From: an uncultured virus (IMG/VR IMGVR_UViG_3300035034_004488)
Lineage: Duplodnaviria; Heunggongvirae; Uroviricota; Caudoviricetes
Virus record (IMG/VR): IMGVR_UViG_3300035034_004488
Reading direction: 5' to 3' (one strand)
DNA: 64,000 bases
Shown here piece by piece: positions 49,682 through 58,578 of the stretch; position 1 is the stretch's first letter, and every line of letters begins with the position of its first letter. The notes under the pieces are model-generated. The model was not told the origin of the DNA. It searched no databases and saw nothing but the letters and a program-made list of their open reading frames with translations. Both the position numbers and the translations under genes were made by a program.

Positions 49682-50023
49682 TTATTCGGAGGTTGGAGAG
49701 ACGCTCCCAAGAGCCTTCGAGCACGCACTTAGCGCTGCGTTGAACCCTTGAAGCGATCGAACAAGACCGTTGGCAGACTCTTCCCAAGAGTCGACCGCAA
49801 TCTGCGCTGAGATTCGACGTCTCAGCAAAGCGGCGCGGCCGGCTCTTCGCGTGATCTCGTGACGTTTCAAGACCTCCCGAAGAAACTGGACGTGAATCTC
49901 ATCGCCCAAGTCCAGGTTTGGAGGCAAGTGGACGTGGACCGTGCCCCTCAGCTCTGGGTTCGGAGGCAAGTGGGCCGCATCGGCAAGAGGCTTCCATTCA
50001 CAGAACGCGTTGATCAAGGCCAT
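49682..50023 (-). CDS. Hypothetical protein
   Basis: 113 aa with GGAG RBS. Confidence 0.55.
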   Translation of the reverse strand: MALINAFCEWKPLADAAHLPPNPELRGTVHVHLPPNLDLGDEIHVQFLREVLKRHEITRRAGRAALLRRRISAQIAVDSWEESANGLVRSLQGFNAALSACSKALGSVSPTSE

Positions 50024-50637
50024 CTGGATACTCCAGTCAGGGAGCCCGCCTTTTGCGCAGGCGTGAGCGCACCCTCATGCGAAGGCATGAGTAGCTCCAG
50101 GTTACCGCGCAAGGGGTTGCATTGGTAGCACAAGCTCCACCACAGCTCCCAGGTCAATTCCAAGGGACCCACCTTCTGCTTCGAGTCTGGGAGGTTCTCC
50201 TCACGTAACGTGCCCCACATACTATAGCCTACCTCGCGCGAAAACGCGCTGAGAGCCTCCCCGCAGCAGCCACACGGCTTGGGGTACAACTTACGGCTCG
50301 AACGCCTCACAGGGCTGATCTGGAGGTCTGAGGTCTCATACGAGATCAGATCATACAGCACAGCATCGTAGAGCGGATAAACTGCGTTGTTCTGCGTTCG
50401 CGCATGTGCGTGGAACGCCTCTTCCACCTTGCGAAGAGACTGAGCCCCTGAGTAGAGCTGCAACGCATCCCGAGTCTGCCGGATACCCGCATGATGCTCC
50501 AGGTTGACGCACTCGTGAAACGTTGCGCTATCCCACGCACGGTTCTGCGGATGAATCACGGTTCCAGGCCGCCAAAGCGCCCAGATCACTTCTGGGGCGG
50601 TAAACAGCGCGGCAGGTAAGATCGAGGGTCTACTCAT
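50014..50637 (-). CDS. Hypothetical protein with Cys clusters (HNH/zinc-finger-like)
   Basis: CGCCG...LCYQCN. Start MSRPS has an ATGA overlap with the upstream gene. Confidence 0.55.
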   Translation of the reverse strand: MSRPSILPAALFTAPEVIWALWRPGTVIHPQNRAWDSATFHECVNLEHHAGIRQTRDALQLYSGAQSLRKVEEAFHAHARTQNNAVYPLYDAVLYDLISYETSDLQISPVRRSSRKLYPKPCGCCGEALSAFSREVGYSMWGTLREENLPDSKQKVGPLELTWELWWSLCYQCNPLRGNLELLMPSHEGALTPAQKAGSLTGVSRWP

Positions 50638-51087
50638 TTGAACTTCTCGTTGGGGTGAATGATCAAGTCCCCCGCGCGCCACTCCTCCGGGAAGATCCAA
50701 CCCAGCCCCTCAGGCTTGATCCCTCCCGTACAACGGGTTTCCCGGAGGACGGCCTCGAAAGGCTTTGGAGCGCTGAACGCTGAACACTCCCGCCTCAAGT
50801 CGCATGGGGCTGGTATGCGTCGTCGTGGGAAAGGCTCGCGCATGAGGCGCCGTCCCACCGTCTACGTAGAGCCACAGATCACACCAACCTCGACCACGAG
50901 AAGACGCCTCCAGCCACAAGAGCCTAGACACGTCAGCAAAGTCCTCCGCATGCTCCTCTTCGATCTGACGTACGCACCCTTTCGCACGCATGCACGCGTA
51001 GACGTAGAGCATGTCCGCCGTAAGCTCCAGGAAGCTTCCTTCGACATCCAGTAGAGTGAGGCGGTTGAAGTGATTGCATAAGGGCAT
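50634..51087 (-). CDS. Hypothetical protein, probable +1 frameshift at 50758-50760
   Basis: SKAF joins EAVLRETR... if the A3 run were A2; the restored stop overlaps the next ATG. Confidence 0.5.
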
Positions 51088-51158
51088 GACGGGAACCTCC
51101 GGGACTCAAAACTGCCACAAAGACGAACACCCTGTCAAGCGAAGACCTCATACGAGGA

Positions 51159-51188
51159 AAGCCTCCTCACCGTGTGGCGAGGAGGCTT
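51159..51188 (-). terminator. Hairpin downstream of 51213..51629
   Basis: aagcctcctc / gaggaggctt 10-bp stem. Confidence 0.55.
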
Positions 51189-51220
51189 AGGAGAGAGGCT
51201 CAGGAGAGAGGCTCAGGAGA
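51183..51220. repeat. 13-bp tandem repeat x~3 (aggctcaggagag) overlapping a stop codon
   Basis: Adjacent units with one mismatch. Confidence 0.85.
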
Positions 51221-51629
51221 AGTGGGTTCCGAGGACCTCAGGGTTGATGCGGACCCCGTTGGAACCCTTGCCCTTCAGGCTCTCATCGGCTCGGCAGCTC
51301 CGGCACCAGCTCTGGAGGTAAGACTTACCCCGAGCCTTGTAGAACCTCACCCCGAACCCTTCCTTGATCCCCTGGAGACCTTGAGCCTCCAGTCCGCAGC
51401 AAGGGCAAGCGTGGACGATGTTCTCCCAGGGCTTGACTCGCCCCACGAGGCCTCGGTGACCGCCGCGAGACACCTCCGGCCAGCGGCTCACCAGGAGGTC
51501 GTAGAGGCTGCTCACCGCCTCCTCAGCGATCTCAGGGTTGGCGTGGGTCCAGCAGGCGATGAAATCTTTGCGGAGGTTGAGGCTCTTGGCGTTCTTGAGG
51601 CTCTTGGCGGCAGCGTTCTGGACTTTCAT
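51213..51629 (-). CDS. Zinc-finger protein
   Basis: CPCC...FGVRF...QSWCRSCR; cassette at 51646-51727 upstream. Confidence 0.7.
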   Translation of the reverse strand: MKVQNAAAKSLKNAKSLNLRKDFIACWTHANPEIAEEAVSSLYDLLVSRWPEVSRGGHRGLVGRVKPWENIVHACPCCGLEAQGLQGIKEGFGVRFYKARGKSYLQSWCRSCRADESLKGKGSNGVRINPEVLGTHFS

Positions 51630-51645
51630 GACTTCCTCTCTTCTA

Positions 51646-51727
51646 GTGTGCCGTGATCCGGCGCCGTGTGTCTGTCTCGTTTCGTCTTACACACTCTATG
51701 TACCACAAGGGGTAGGGAGCGTAAAAA
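51646..51727 (-). promoter_or_regulatory. Promoter-leader cassette with a GCCGGATCACGGC hairpin
   Basis: On the minus strand: TTTTTACG...CTTGTGGTACATAGAGTGTGTAAGACGAAACGAGACAGACAC. Confidence 0.75.
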
Positions 51728-51794
51728 GAATCGACGATTTAGACATGGAAAGAGGGAAGTGCCTCCTGAAAGCGGCTTTCTATGCGGGTGAACG

Positions 51795-52929
51795 TTAGAT
51801 GAGATAATAGACCAGGAGCCCAACCGTCCAGAGTGTGGCCTGTACCACGGAGCCGATCAGGAACATCCGGACAGCCGATTTCAAGTGGTTCGTGCGGTAA
51901 ATTGCGAGGAGAGCTGCGAGCTGACCCTTGACCTCCTCGCGCCGCTCCAAACACATCTCAGAAGACCCCCCATTGGAGAGGTAGTCCACGTAATGCTCCA
52001 CGAGTTGAAGGGCCTGAGAGGTGATAGGACCTTCCTGGATCTCCTCGAACTGCTGCATGTAGACCTCCGTGAGCCACCAGGACAGCGAATCCGCTCCCGT
52101 AAAGGTTCGGAGCTTGGTCACGGTCTGTACAGACTCGGGCTCGGGGTTGGGGTTGGGGTTGGGCTCGCGGGAGGGCATAGGTTCAGCCTCAAAAAAACGA
52201 CGGTTGTACCAAACTACGGGCTCAGCCGGCACGGTCCAACTGGCGATTCCGGTAGGGATCTCCCCGCAGGGGTTTGAGATCTGCCGACGCGCGTTCCAGA
52301 TGCCAGTACCACCCTTCCAGGGATTCGTAGCGCGTTCATCCCAATGCAGAGCCAAGGAGTCTGAAGGGCTTGTGCGCTGAGTAGCGTTCGCGCGTCGAAG
52401 CGCATTCAGAGCAATAGCCCCAATGAGGTCGCTTCGTACCCGGTCTGCAATTCCCGGCTGGAAGACGTCACGAGCCTCACGTACCTTGATCAACGCCGAG
52501 GTGACTTCCCCGGAGGACGTCAGATCACAGAGGTCATTGACGCGGCATTCCAAAAAAGAGACTCCAAGGAGACCGTCTACGACCTCCAGGCGATAAAACT
52601 CTTCAGCGTACACGTCATAGTGACTCATCCAAATCCAGCGCGAGAGGACGACTAAAGACGCTTCGGGAGTCTCCTGAGACTCACTCAAGAGGAGGGCAAG
52701 GCGACTACTGAGATCCGCACCCAGGGCTTCGTGGAGCGCCAGTAGCTCACCCAGTCCCAGGTCAGAGAGAGGCGTACCTCCCATGAGATCACGCGAGAGG
52801 GTATCAACCGCGCTCAAGAGGTCCTCGCACTCGTCAAGAGGCAAACGCTCCTGGAACAGCGGGAGCGATGCCTCATACATCAAGCGGACCCCTCTTGGAG
52901 TCCGCTGCATGCCATTAAGGAGTGCCATG
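51795..52929 (-). CDS. Hypothetical protein with C-terminal hydrophobic helices
   Basis: 3' part of track ORF 51795..52997; probable start MALLNG; NPNPNP linker. Confidence 0.6.
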
Positions 52930-53154
52930 TCAGTTCCCAGTCCAGGGACGAGCCTCACGAGCCTCCTGCTCCCACTCCTCTCGCTCCGCCTGCTCACGCA
53001 CCAGACGCTCTGCCCTTTCGAAGGCCTTCACGTTGTGACGTGCCACGAGGCGGTGGAAGTTCCTCTGCATCCTGGCAAGGTCTCCCCGGCCTCGCCAGAC
53101 CCACTCGACACCGGCCGGCGTCGTCCCGACTCGCACTTCCACTTGGTTCCTCAT
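52930..53154 (-). CDS. Small hypothetical protein
   Basis: 74 aa with AAAGGAG RBS and a promoter at 53183-53214. Confidence 0.7.
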   Translation of the reverse strand: MRNQVEVRVGTTPAGVEWVWRGRGDLARMQRNFHRLVARHNVKAFERAERLVREQAEREEWEQEAREARPWTGN

Positions 53155-53292
53155 CTCTGTCTCCTTTCGCTAGGTTCAAGCTCTATATACCACAAGGTAG
53201 AGGCCTTGTAAAAAGAAAGACCCTCGGTTAATGTCTTTATATGTCAGTCGATATGTGACAGACATCCATGCTTTTCCCGCGTTGAGGCACCC

Positions 53293-54240
53293 ATGAGCTA
53301 CCTCGTTGAACTTACCTTCTCCTTGCCCACCGTTTCAGCGTCTCCCGACCAGTTCCAGCGGGCGTTGAACGCCGCCATGTCTCGCGCGACCTTGATGTCG
53401 TTGGACATCCGAAAGAAGGGAGACCGCACTCCGCTTCTGATGCGCCGCACGCGCGCCAAGGGCGTTCTGCGTATCGCTCCCGGCAACATGATGGAGTCGC
53501 TGGACACGCTCATCACGGACAGGTTCGAGGTTGACCGCTCTTACCGGGGCCGTCACATGGATGAAGCCGGCGTGGACCTGGACGCGATGCTCGACGGAGC
53601 TGTGGCGACGGTAGCGGGGGAGGTCTACACGGTTGACCTCCAGGTCTCAGAGAGGGACCTGATGGGTGGGCGTTTCAAGGCCAAGCACATGCTGGAGTTT
53701 GAGGTGGACGGCGGCAGCCGTGCCGGCTCCTTCGAGGGTTACCTTATGGGCGAGATGGTCTTTGGTTTTACGCTGGCACCTGAGGACCTCCGGGAGGTTC
53801 GCAAGGCTCAGACTTCGCGGCATGCCTCTCGTAAGGCCTGTCGCTCCACGACCACCTCGGTAACCTACAACGTGGACCTGCACCACAACCACGACCCGTC
53901 GCTGCTCAAGAAGCTGGAGACCCTGTTGCCCCTGTCCGGCGCGATTCCGCACATGCGCTTCATGACGTGGCAGGAGCCGCTGGCGTCGCTGAATCACCAG
54001 CATGCGCCTCACCAGATCGTGATGGTAGGCCACACGCTCGGTCTCCACGGAGAGGCCAACGTGGCCGAGATCCGCTACATGCTCGAAGGCATCTGGTCGG
54101 TGATCCTCCCTAACCACACGCCGCACCCCTCCATCGAAGTCCTCTCGATTGGAGCCGGACTGGAGGAGGAGAACGACATCACCTCCGCGATCTCCGGCCT
54201 CACCTCCGCAATCTCCAGCCTCACGGGTGAGCAGGCGTGA
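53293..54240 (+). CDS. Hypothetical protein
   Basis: 315 aa with GAGG RBS and motif 2 at 53227. Confidence 0.7.
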   Translation: MSYLVELTFSLPTVSASPDQFQRALNAAMSRATLMSLDIRKKGDRTPLLMRRTRAKGVLRIAPGNMMESLDTLITDRFEVDRSYRGRHMDEAGVDLDAMLDGAVATVAGEVYTVDLQVSERDLMGGRFKAKHMLEFEVDGGSRAGSFEGYLMGEMVFGFTLAPEDLREVRKAQTSRHASRKACRSTTTSVTYNVDLHHNHDPSLLKKLETLLPLSGAIPHMRFMTWQEPLASLNHQHAPHQIVMVGHTLGLHGEANVAEIRYMLEGIWSVILPNHTPHPSIEVLSIGAGLEEENDITSAISGLTSAISSLTGEQA

Positions 54241-54566
54241 CCGCAGCCTCGTAGTATCGAAAACCCCGCGTCAGGCTTGTGCCCGGTCGCGGGGGTTTCC
54301 AGTTTCTCAAGAGTGCCTCCGTCCCATCCCAGGTGCACCCCGCGCCACACACGCCCCGTAGACTCACACTCACGTGGATCACGATCTACGAACGTCACTG
54401 GCGCTCTCGCAACGATTTGATCTTCGATCTGAAACCAAATGACATCTCCCACCCCGCACCTCTTGGGACACCGGGAGAGCGTCCACCACGCAACCTCGTA
54501 GCTTGTGATCGGCTCCCAGAAGTGCTCGACTTCGGAACGAGGAACGCGTACCAATATGTCCACCAT
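54221..54566 (-). CDS. ASCH/PUA-like protein, probable frameshift near 54285
   Basis: WWTLSRCPK...GDVIWF...IVARA. The family-type terminal TRGFRYY lies in the +1 frame. Confidence 0.5.
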
Positions 54567-54567
54567 T

Positions 54568-55062
54568 TCAACTCACCTCAAGCACGACGGGATGTAGCGG
54601 CAAGTCCTCGTCCAGAGGCCACGCAGGCTCTTGGAAGCGCACGATGGCGGGTTCCGTCTGAACCGTACCGGAGCGCGCCCAATGCACCCACTGCCGGTTG
54701 TCATGATCCGTCGCCTCCATGCGTAACGTACCCCCGAAGAAGCGACTCAAGGACGCCATCACGGATTTAACCTTGTAGAGCTTGCATTCGTCTTCATTGG
54801 TGAAGCACATATGCTCCTTGTACATGCCCGCATAACATAGCCTGCTGCCATCGTAAAACTCGAACACCTTCTTCTCCGAGTCGTAGCTCCACTGTCCGTC
54901 AGGACACTGTAAAGGTAGCTGACCTTTGAGTACCAAGGTCAACCCCTTGGGGAGCGCGGAAGACAAAACGTCGAACTGATCCGCTTGACGCTGAGAGAGT
55001 AGCCCCTTGGGGTGCAAGTTCGCGGGGAAGTCGCGGGGCATCATAAGCATGAACGTCGACAT
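54568..55062 (-). CDS. Hypothetical protein
   Basis: Probable start MSTFML after a GGAGGA RBS. Confidence 0.6.
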   Translation of the reverse strand: MSTFMLMMPRDFPANLHPKGLLSQRQADQFDVLSSALPKGLTLVLKGQLPLQCPDGQWSYDSEKKVFEFYDGSRLCYAGMYKEHMCFTNEDECKLYKVKSVMASLSRFFGGTLRMEATDHDNRQWVHWARSGTVQTEPAIVRFQEPAWPLDEDLPLHPVVLEVS

Positions 55063-55180
55063 GGTGTCCTCCAAAAGTACGAGAGTACGAGAGTACGTTA
55101 CCGCGCGCACGCGAGACTGCAAGTTAAAATCTGCTTATACCCTCCCAGAAGTGAACCCCCACTCCTACCCCAAGGTTCCC

Positions 55181-56119
55181 ATGCGTACCGCTTCCTCCCT
55201 GTCCCGACTGGCCCGTGAAGTGGCTCAACGCTACCAGATCACGGTCAACTGGCAGGAAGAGATCTCAAACGAGCTGCTCAAGCTCATCCTCAAGTCGGGG
55301 CGCGTGGGTTCCGGGCACGTCAAGAGCACGGGTAAAACGCCCGTGGTACGCTTCGGGGCCATCCACGGCACGCCCGTAACCCACGGCGAGGTCAAGGTCT
55401 CGGGGCTTCCTTTCTCGAACCACGAGCCAGTGATCGACATGAAGGTCGTGGTCGACATCACGATGTTCGCGGGGCGCCAGCTCATACAACCCTTCTTCCA
55501 GAAATACGTACGTGTGATGGGCGCGCCTGCGAACATCGCCCGTCAAGTGTGGGGCATCTGGTCACGCTACCTGGAAGAGGTCGCTCGGCATGACATCAAC
55601 TGGCGACCCGTCGGAGCCAATGTTCGCACCGCCGCCGTTCAAGACGCTTCGGGCATGTGGTGGCCCACCTCGACGAGCATCCTGGAAGGCTTCCCCTTTG
55701 AAGGCGTGATCTCCTCTCTGGAGACCTTTGATCACGGGGCGGGTCTTGGACTCGCGCCGGGCGTTTGGCACAGCCCTTCGGCCAAGGAGCCGACACAGGC
55801 GGATCTCGATGGGGTGCACGGCAAGCGCAAGAGCGTTCAAGGTGTGTGGGGTGGCCGGGAACTGAGGGCCTATTGTGCTGCGAGCCGTGAGCATCCCTTC
55901 TTGCATGTCTCCAGGGTTGAAACCTTCAACCCCTCCAACCGCGAGAAGATCTCCAAGGAAGTCGTGATCCCCTTCAAGGACTTCCTTGTTTGGGCGGACA
56001 CGGCCGAGGATGTAACCCTGTACGTGAGCAACCGATCAAGCCACCGCCTCTCCTTGATGGAGCGACTCCTGCTCACCGCTCAGGCTCTGGGGATCGACCC
56101 AAACGACGGCAAAATCTAA
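55181..56119 (+). CDS. Hypothetical protein
   Basis: Probable start MRTASSLSRLAREVAQRY; motif 2 at 55125. Confidence 0.7.
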   Translation: MRTASSLSRLAREVAQRYQITVNWQEEISNELLKLILKSGRVGSGHVKSTGKTPVVRFGAIHGTPVTHGEVKVSGLPFSNHEPVIDMKVVVDITMFAGRQLIQPFFQKYVRVMGAPANIARQVWGIWSRYLEEVARHDINWRPVGANVRTAAVQDASGMWWPTSTSILEGFPFEGVISSLETFDHGAGLGLAPGVWHSPSAKEPTQADLDGVHGKRKSVQGVWGGRELRAYCAASREHPFLHVSRVETFNPSNREKISKEVVIPFKDFLVWADTAEDVTLYVSNRSSHRLSLMERLLLTAQALGIDPNDGKI

Positions 56120-56122
56120 ACA

Positions 56123-56494
56123 TCACGCACCCAGCTCTCGCTTCAAGAGCTGACACAGGGTCTCGTGCTCTTTGATTTGGTACTGGCTCCAGGCGTTGGC
56201 GTAGCTCACCGCCTCCGCGTGAGTAGCTTCCGTGAAGGCCTCCCACTCGCTCTCAGACGTCAGACACACGCTCTCCCCATTGAGGAGGTCGCCATAGAGG
56301 AGCAAGTTGCGCACCTCGCCCGTCTGCACCTCCAGGTCGAACGTAACGTGGAACAACAGCACAGCGTAGCGCGATCCTCTCGTGCCGCTGACCGGAACCC
56401 CCAGGAGAGACAGGGAGGGGCCGCACCTGTCAAGGTGGCCCGTAATGCCCTCCTCGCCTTCCGACCACTCAACCTCGATCTCCTCTTCCATCAC
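56123..56494 (-). CDS. Hypothetical protein
   Basis: 123 aa with AGGAGG RBS. Confidence 0.65.
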   Translation of the reverse strand: MMEEEIEVEWSEGEEGITGHLDRCGPSLSLLGVPVSGTRGSRYAVLLFHVTFDLEVQTGEVRNLLLYGDLLNGESVCLTSESEWEAFTEATHAEAVSYANAWSQYQIKEHETLCQLLKRELGA

Positions 56495-56578
56495 TGACCT
56501 CCTATTTAAGCCGTGGGGGGGCCATCATGCGCCAACACGGCTAGAGCTGTCAAGCACAGCGTCAAGGCCCTTAGAACG

Positions 56579-56616
56579 CAAAAGGGGCCGCCTGACGGGG
56601 ATGTCAGGCGGCCCTT
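56579..56616 (-). terminator. Rho-independent terminator
   Basis: gggccgcctgac / gtcaggcggccc 12-bp stem, followed by CTTTT on the minus strand, just after the 56637 stop. Confidence 0.75.
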
Positions 56617-56636
56617 GGGGCGGGCTTGAAGCCTTT

Positions 56637-57011
56637 TCAGGCGATCAGTCCCGCGAGGGCCTCGTTGGGAACCACTCGCCAGCCCTTGCCCTTGCGGCCC
56701 TGAACCGCCTTGAAGGAGACCGCGACCTCCCTGCTCAGGTCAGCCAAGCGTTGACACTCCGCGTCCCACGGCTGGTCCGCGTCGAACCTCATCGTGAACT
56801 CGACCTGGACGTCTCGGACGCCCTTGGCGAGGCGATCGAGACCCTCCGCGCCAAGGCGGTTCTTGGGGTCGAAGATGAAGGCTGCCCCCTTCCGGAACAT
56901 GAGGTTGCGGAGATCCACGGAGAGGTCTCCGAATCGGAGGAACCCTCCACGCTCAAGTGCCGCTTCGATGTCGAGGAATCCGTTCTCAAGGGCCTGATCG
57001 AATGCGTTCAT
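56637..57011 (-). CDS. Hypothetical protein
   Basis: 124 aa with AAGGAG RBS; cassette upstream and terminator downstream. Confidence 0.75.
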   Translation of the reverse strand: MNAFDQALENGFLDIEAALERGGFLRFGDLSVDLRNLMFRKGAAFIFDPKNRLGAEGLDRLAKGVRDVQVEFTMRFDADQPWDAECQRLADLSREVAVSFKAVQGRKGKGWRVVPNEALAGLIA

Positions 57012-57029
57012 GGTGTGTTCTCCTTCGCG

Positions 57030-57112
57030 GTGCGCCGTGATCCGGCGTGGTGTGTTGCTCTCTTACACACACTCTATACCATAAGGAGGGTGGCCCGTAA
57101 AAACTATCTCAC
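57030..57112 (-). promoter_or_regulatory. Promoter-leader cassette with a GCCGGATCACGGC hairpin
   Basis: On the minus strand: GAGATAGTTTTTACGG...CTTATGGTATAGAGTGTGTGTAAGAGAGCAACACAC. Confidence 0.75.
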
Positions 57113-57648
57113 CGAAGCGTGTAGCCGTTCGCGCTCGCGACCGTAGCCAGCTTGGCAAAGTACCGCTCGAACTTCTTGAGGACGTTGGCAGGGGAGCCCG
57201 TGCCATTCCGCCAACCCACCTTGACCCGATCACGGCTTGGCGTCCTCACGCTACCTCCCATGCTCAGCTCAACCGTAATGCGATCAGCAAGGCCGGAGTT
57301 GCTGTAGCTGTCGTGCATCCAGATCTGGTGGTAAGAGGGGTCGTTTCGCTGGATTCCATTGGCCCACTCAGACTTGGGCAGCAGCGTAAACCCGATGAAA
57401 ATCGAGTTCGAGCCAAACTTGGTCTCTGCGACGGCGCGAAATTCACCCCGGAAATGACGCGCATACATGCGCTCAATCGCCGCAAGGAAAGCCCTCACGT
57501 CCGGGTGATCCGAAGCCTTGCCCGGCGAGAGGATGTCCTCAGCCCCCGCCTCCTTTACAACGGAAGCAATAACCGGCTTGAGATGCTTGCGCAGCTCCGG
57601 GTTAGCGTTTCCAAGTCGAATCAGTTCGGTTTTCAGCGCGTCACTCAT
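57109..57648 (-). CDS. NPELR-tag hypothetical protein
   Basis: MSDALKTELIRLGNANPELRKHLKPVIASVVKEA. Confidence 0.8.
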   Translation of the reverse strand: MSDALKTELIRLGNANPELRKHLKPVIASVVKEAGAEDILSPGKASDHPDVRAFLAAIERMYARHFRGEFRAVAETKFGSNSIFIGFTLLPKSEWANGIQRNDPSYHQIWMHDSYSNSGLADRITVELSMGGSVRTPSRDRVKVGWRNGTGSPANVLKKFERYFAKLATVASANGYTLR

Positions 57649-57675
57649 AGCTAGAACCTAGGTCTTGAGGTGTAA

Positions 57676-57715
57676 GGTTGCGGTAAACCCTTCTCATAAA
57701 GAGTTTACCGCAACC
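57676..57715. repeat. 13-bp perfect inverted repeat
   Basis: ggttgcggtaaac / gtttaccgcaacc. Confidence 0.85.
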
Positions 57716-57718
57716 CCT

Positions 57719-57791
57719 CTCACTTGACCGGGAAACCGTTGTCGCTCGCGACCGTGGCCAGCTTGGTGAAGTAGCGGTCGAACTTCTTGAA
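57719..57791 (-). pseudogene. Remnant 3' end of a paralog of 57109..57648
   Basis: Translates FKKFDRYFTKLATVASDNGFPVK*, versus LKKFERYFAKLATVASANGYTLR*. Confidence 0.8.
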
Positions 57792-57809
57792 GGGGCCGTA
57801 AAAACTATC

Positions 57810-58166
57810 TCACGTCACGAGGAGGTTCACCTTCAAGTTGAGCCGAGCGACGAGGTGCTGGCATGCAGACAGGTCTTTCGGGTTGCGGAGTTCCAGCTCC
57901 CTCACATGACCCAGGACGTTGGTGTGAAGGCTATAGTGAAGCACCTGAAGAGCCTCCAGCTCCGCAGACATCTCGCGTGGGGTCAAGGTACGGTGAGCGC
58001 TCACCTCGACGGTGTATACGTCTCCCAGGCCCATCCACTCCAGCACGCTTCGGGCTTGTAGACATTGCTCCAGGTCCGACACGCCTAGATGGGTGTATCC
58101 CAACAGGAAGACGCTCGACACGTTCGCCGTATCGAGCGCATGGATAAGGTCTTCGAGGGTGGGCAT
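57810..58166 (-). CDS. Hypothetical protein
   Basis: 118 aa with GGAGG RBS. Confidence 0.65.
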   Translation of the reverse strand: MPTLEDLIHALDTANVSSVFLLGYTHLGVSDLEQCLQARSVLEWMGLGDVYTVEVSAHRTLTPREMSAELEALQVLHYSLHTNVLGHVRELELRNPKDLSACQHLVARLNLKVNLLVT

Positions 58167-58185
58167 GAGAGCCTCCGTGTGTGCT

Positions 58186-58500
58186 TCAGCGGTTGATCTC
58201 GCTGAACTTCTTGGGGGTGAAGTAGACGTCCTGCTCCACGGCGGGGATAACGCCCCCCACCATGGCCGCCTTCAGCTCGTTGAGGTCGATGTATCCCCAC
58301 TCACTGTGGGCGCCCTCGGTGTAGCCGAACGCGCGGTTCGTCTCCGGGTCCAGTTCCACGATGAACCACTTCCAGCCAATGTACGGGCTGAATAGTACCA
58401 TCGTCACGATCTTGTCGGCGGCGGCCACGTCCTCGGTGGCGTATAGGGCGGGGGTGTTCTTGATGTCGCGCTGGCGGGGGTAGCTGAATCCGGCTTTCAT
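58186..58500 (-). CDS. DUF2958-like protein
   Basis: PALYATE...LFSPYIGWKWFIVELDP...AFG...EWGYIDLNEL...VEQDVYFTP. Confidence 0.8.
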   Translation of the reverse strand: MKAGFSYPRQRDIKNTPALYATEDVAAADKIVTMVLFSPYIGWKWFIVELDPETNRAFGYTEGAHSEWGYIDLNELKAAMVGGVIPAVEQDVYFTPKKFSEINR

Positions 58501-58517
58501 TGGGTGCCTCGTGGTGC

Positions 58518-58575
58518 GGTGTGTCGTTTCGTCTTACACACACCATATACCACAAGCAGGAGCGCCCGTAAAAAA
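58518..58575 (-). promoter_or_regulatory. Promoter-leader cassette
   Basis: On the minus strand: TTTTTACGG...CTTGTGGTATATGGTGTGTGTAAGACGAAACGACACACC. Confidence 0.75.
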
Positions 58576-58578
58576 GAT

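Noticed and set aside
57095..57813. IS element or integrase att sites
   Set aside because: No transposase or recombinase and no terminal inverted repeats. The direct repeat is part of the promoter family.
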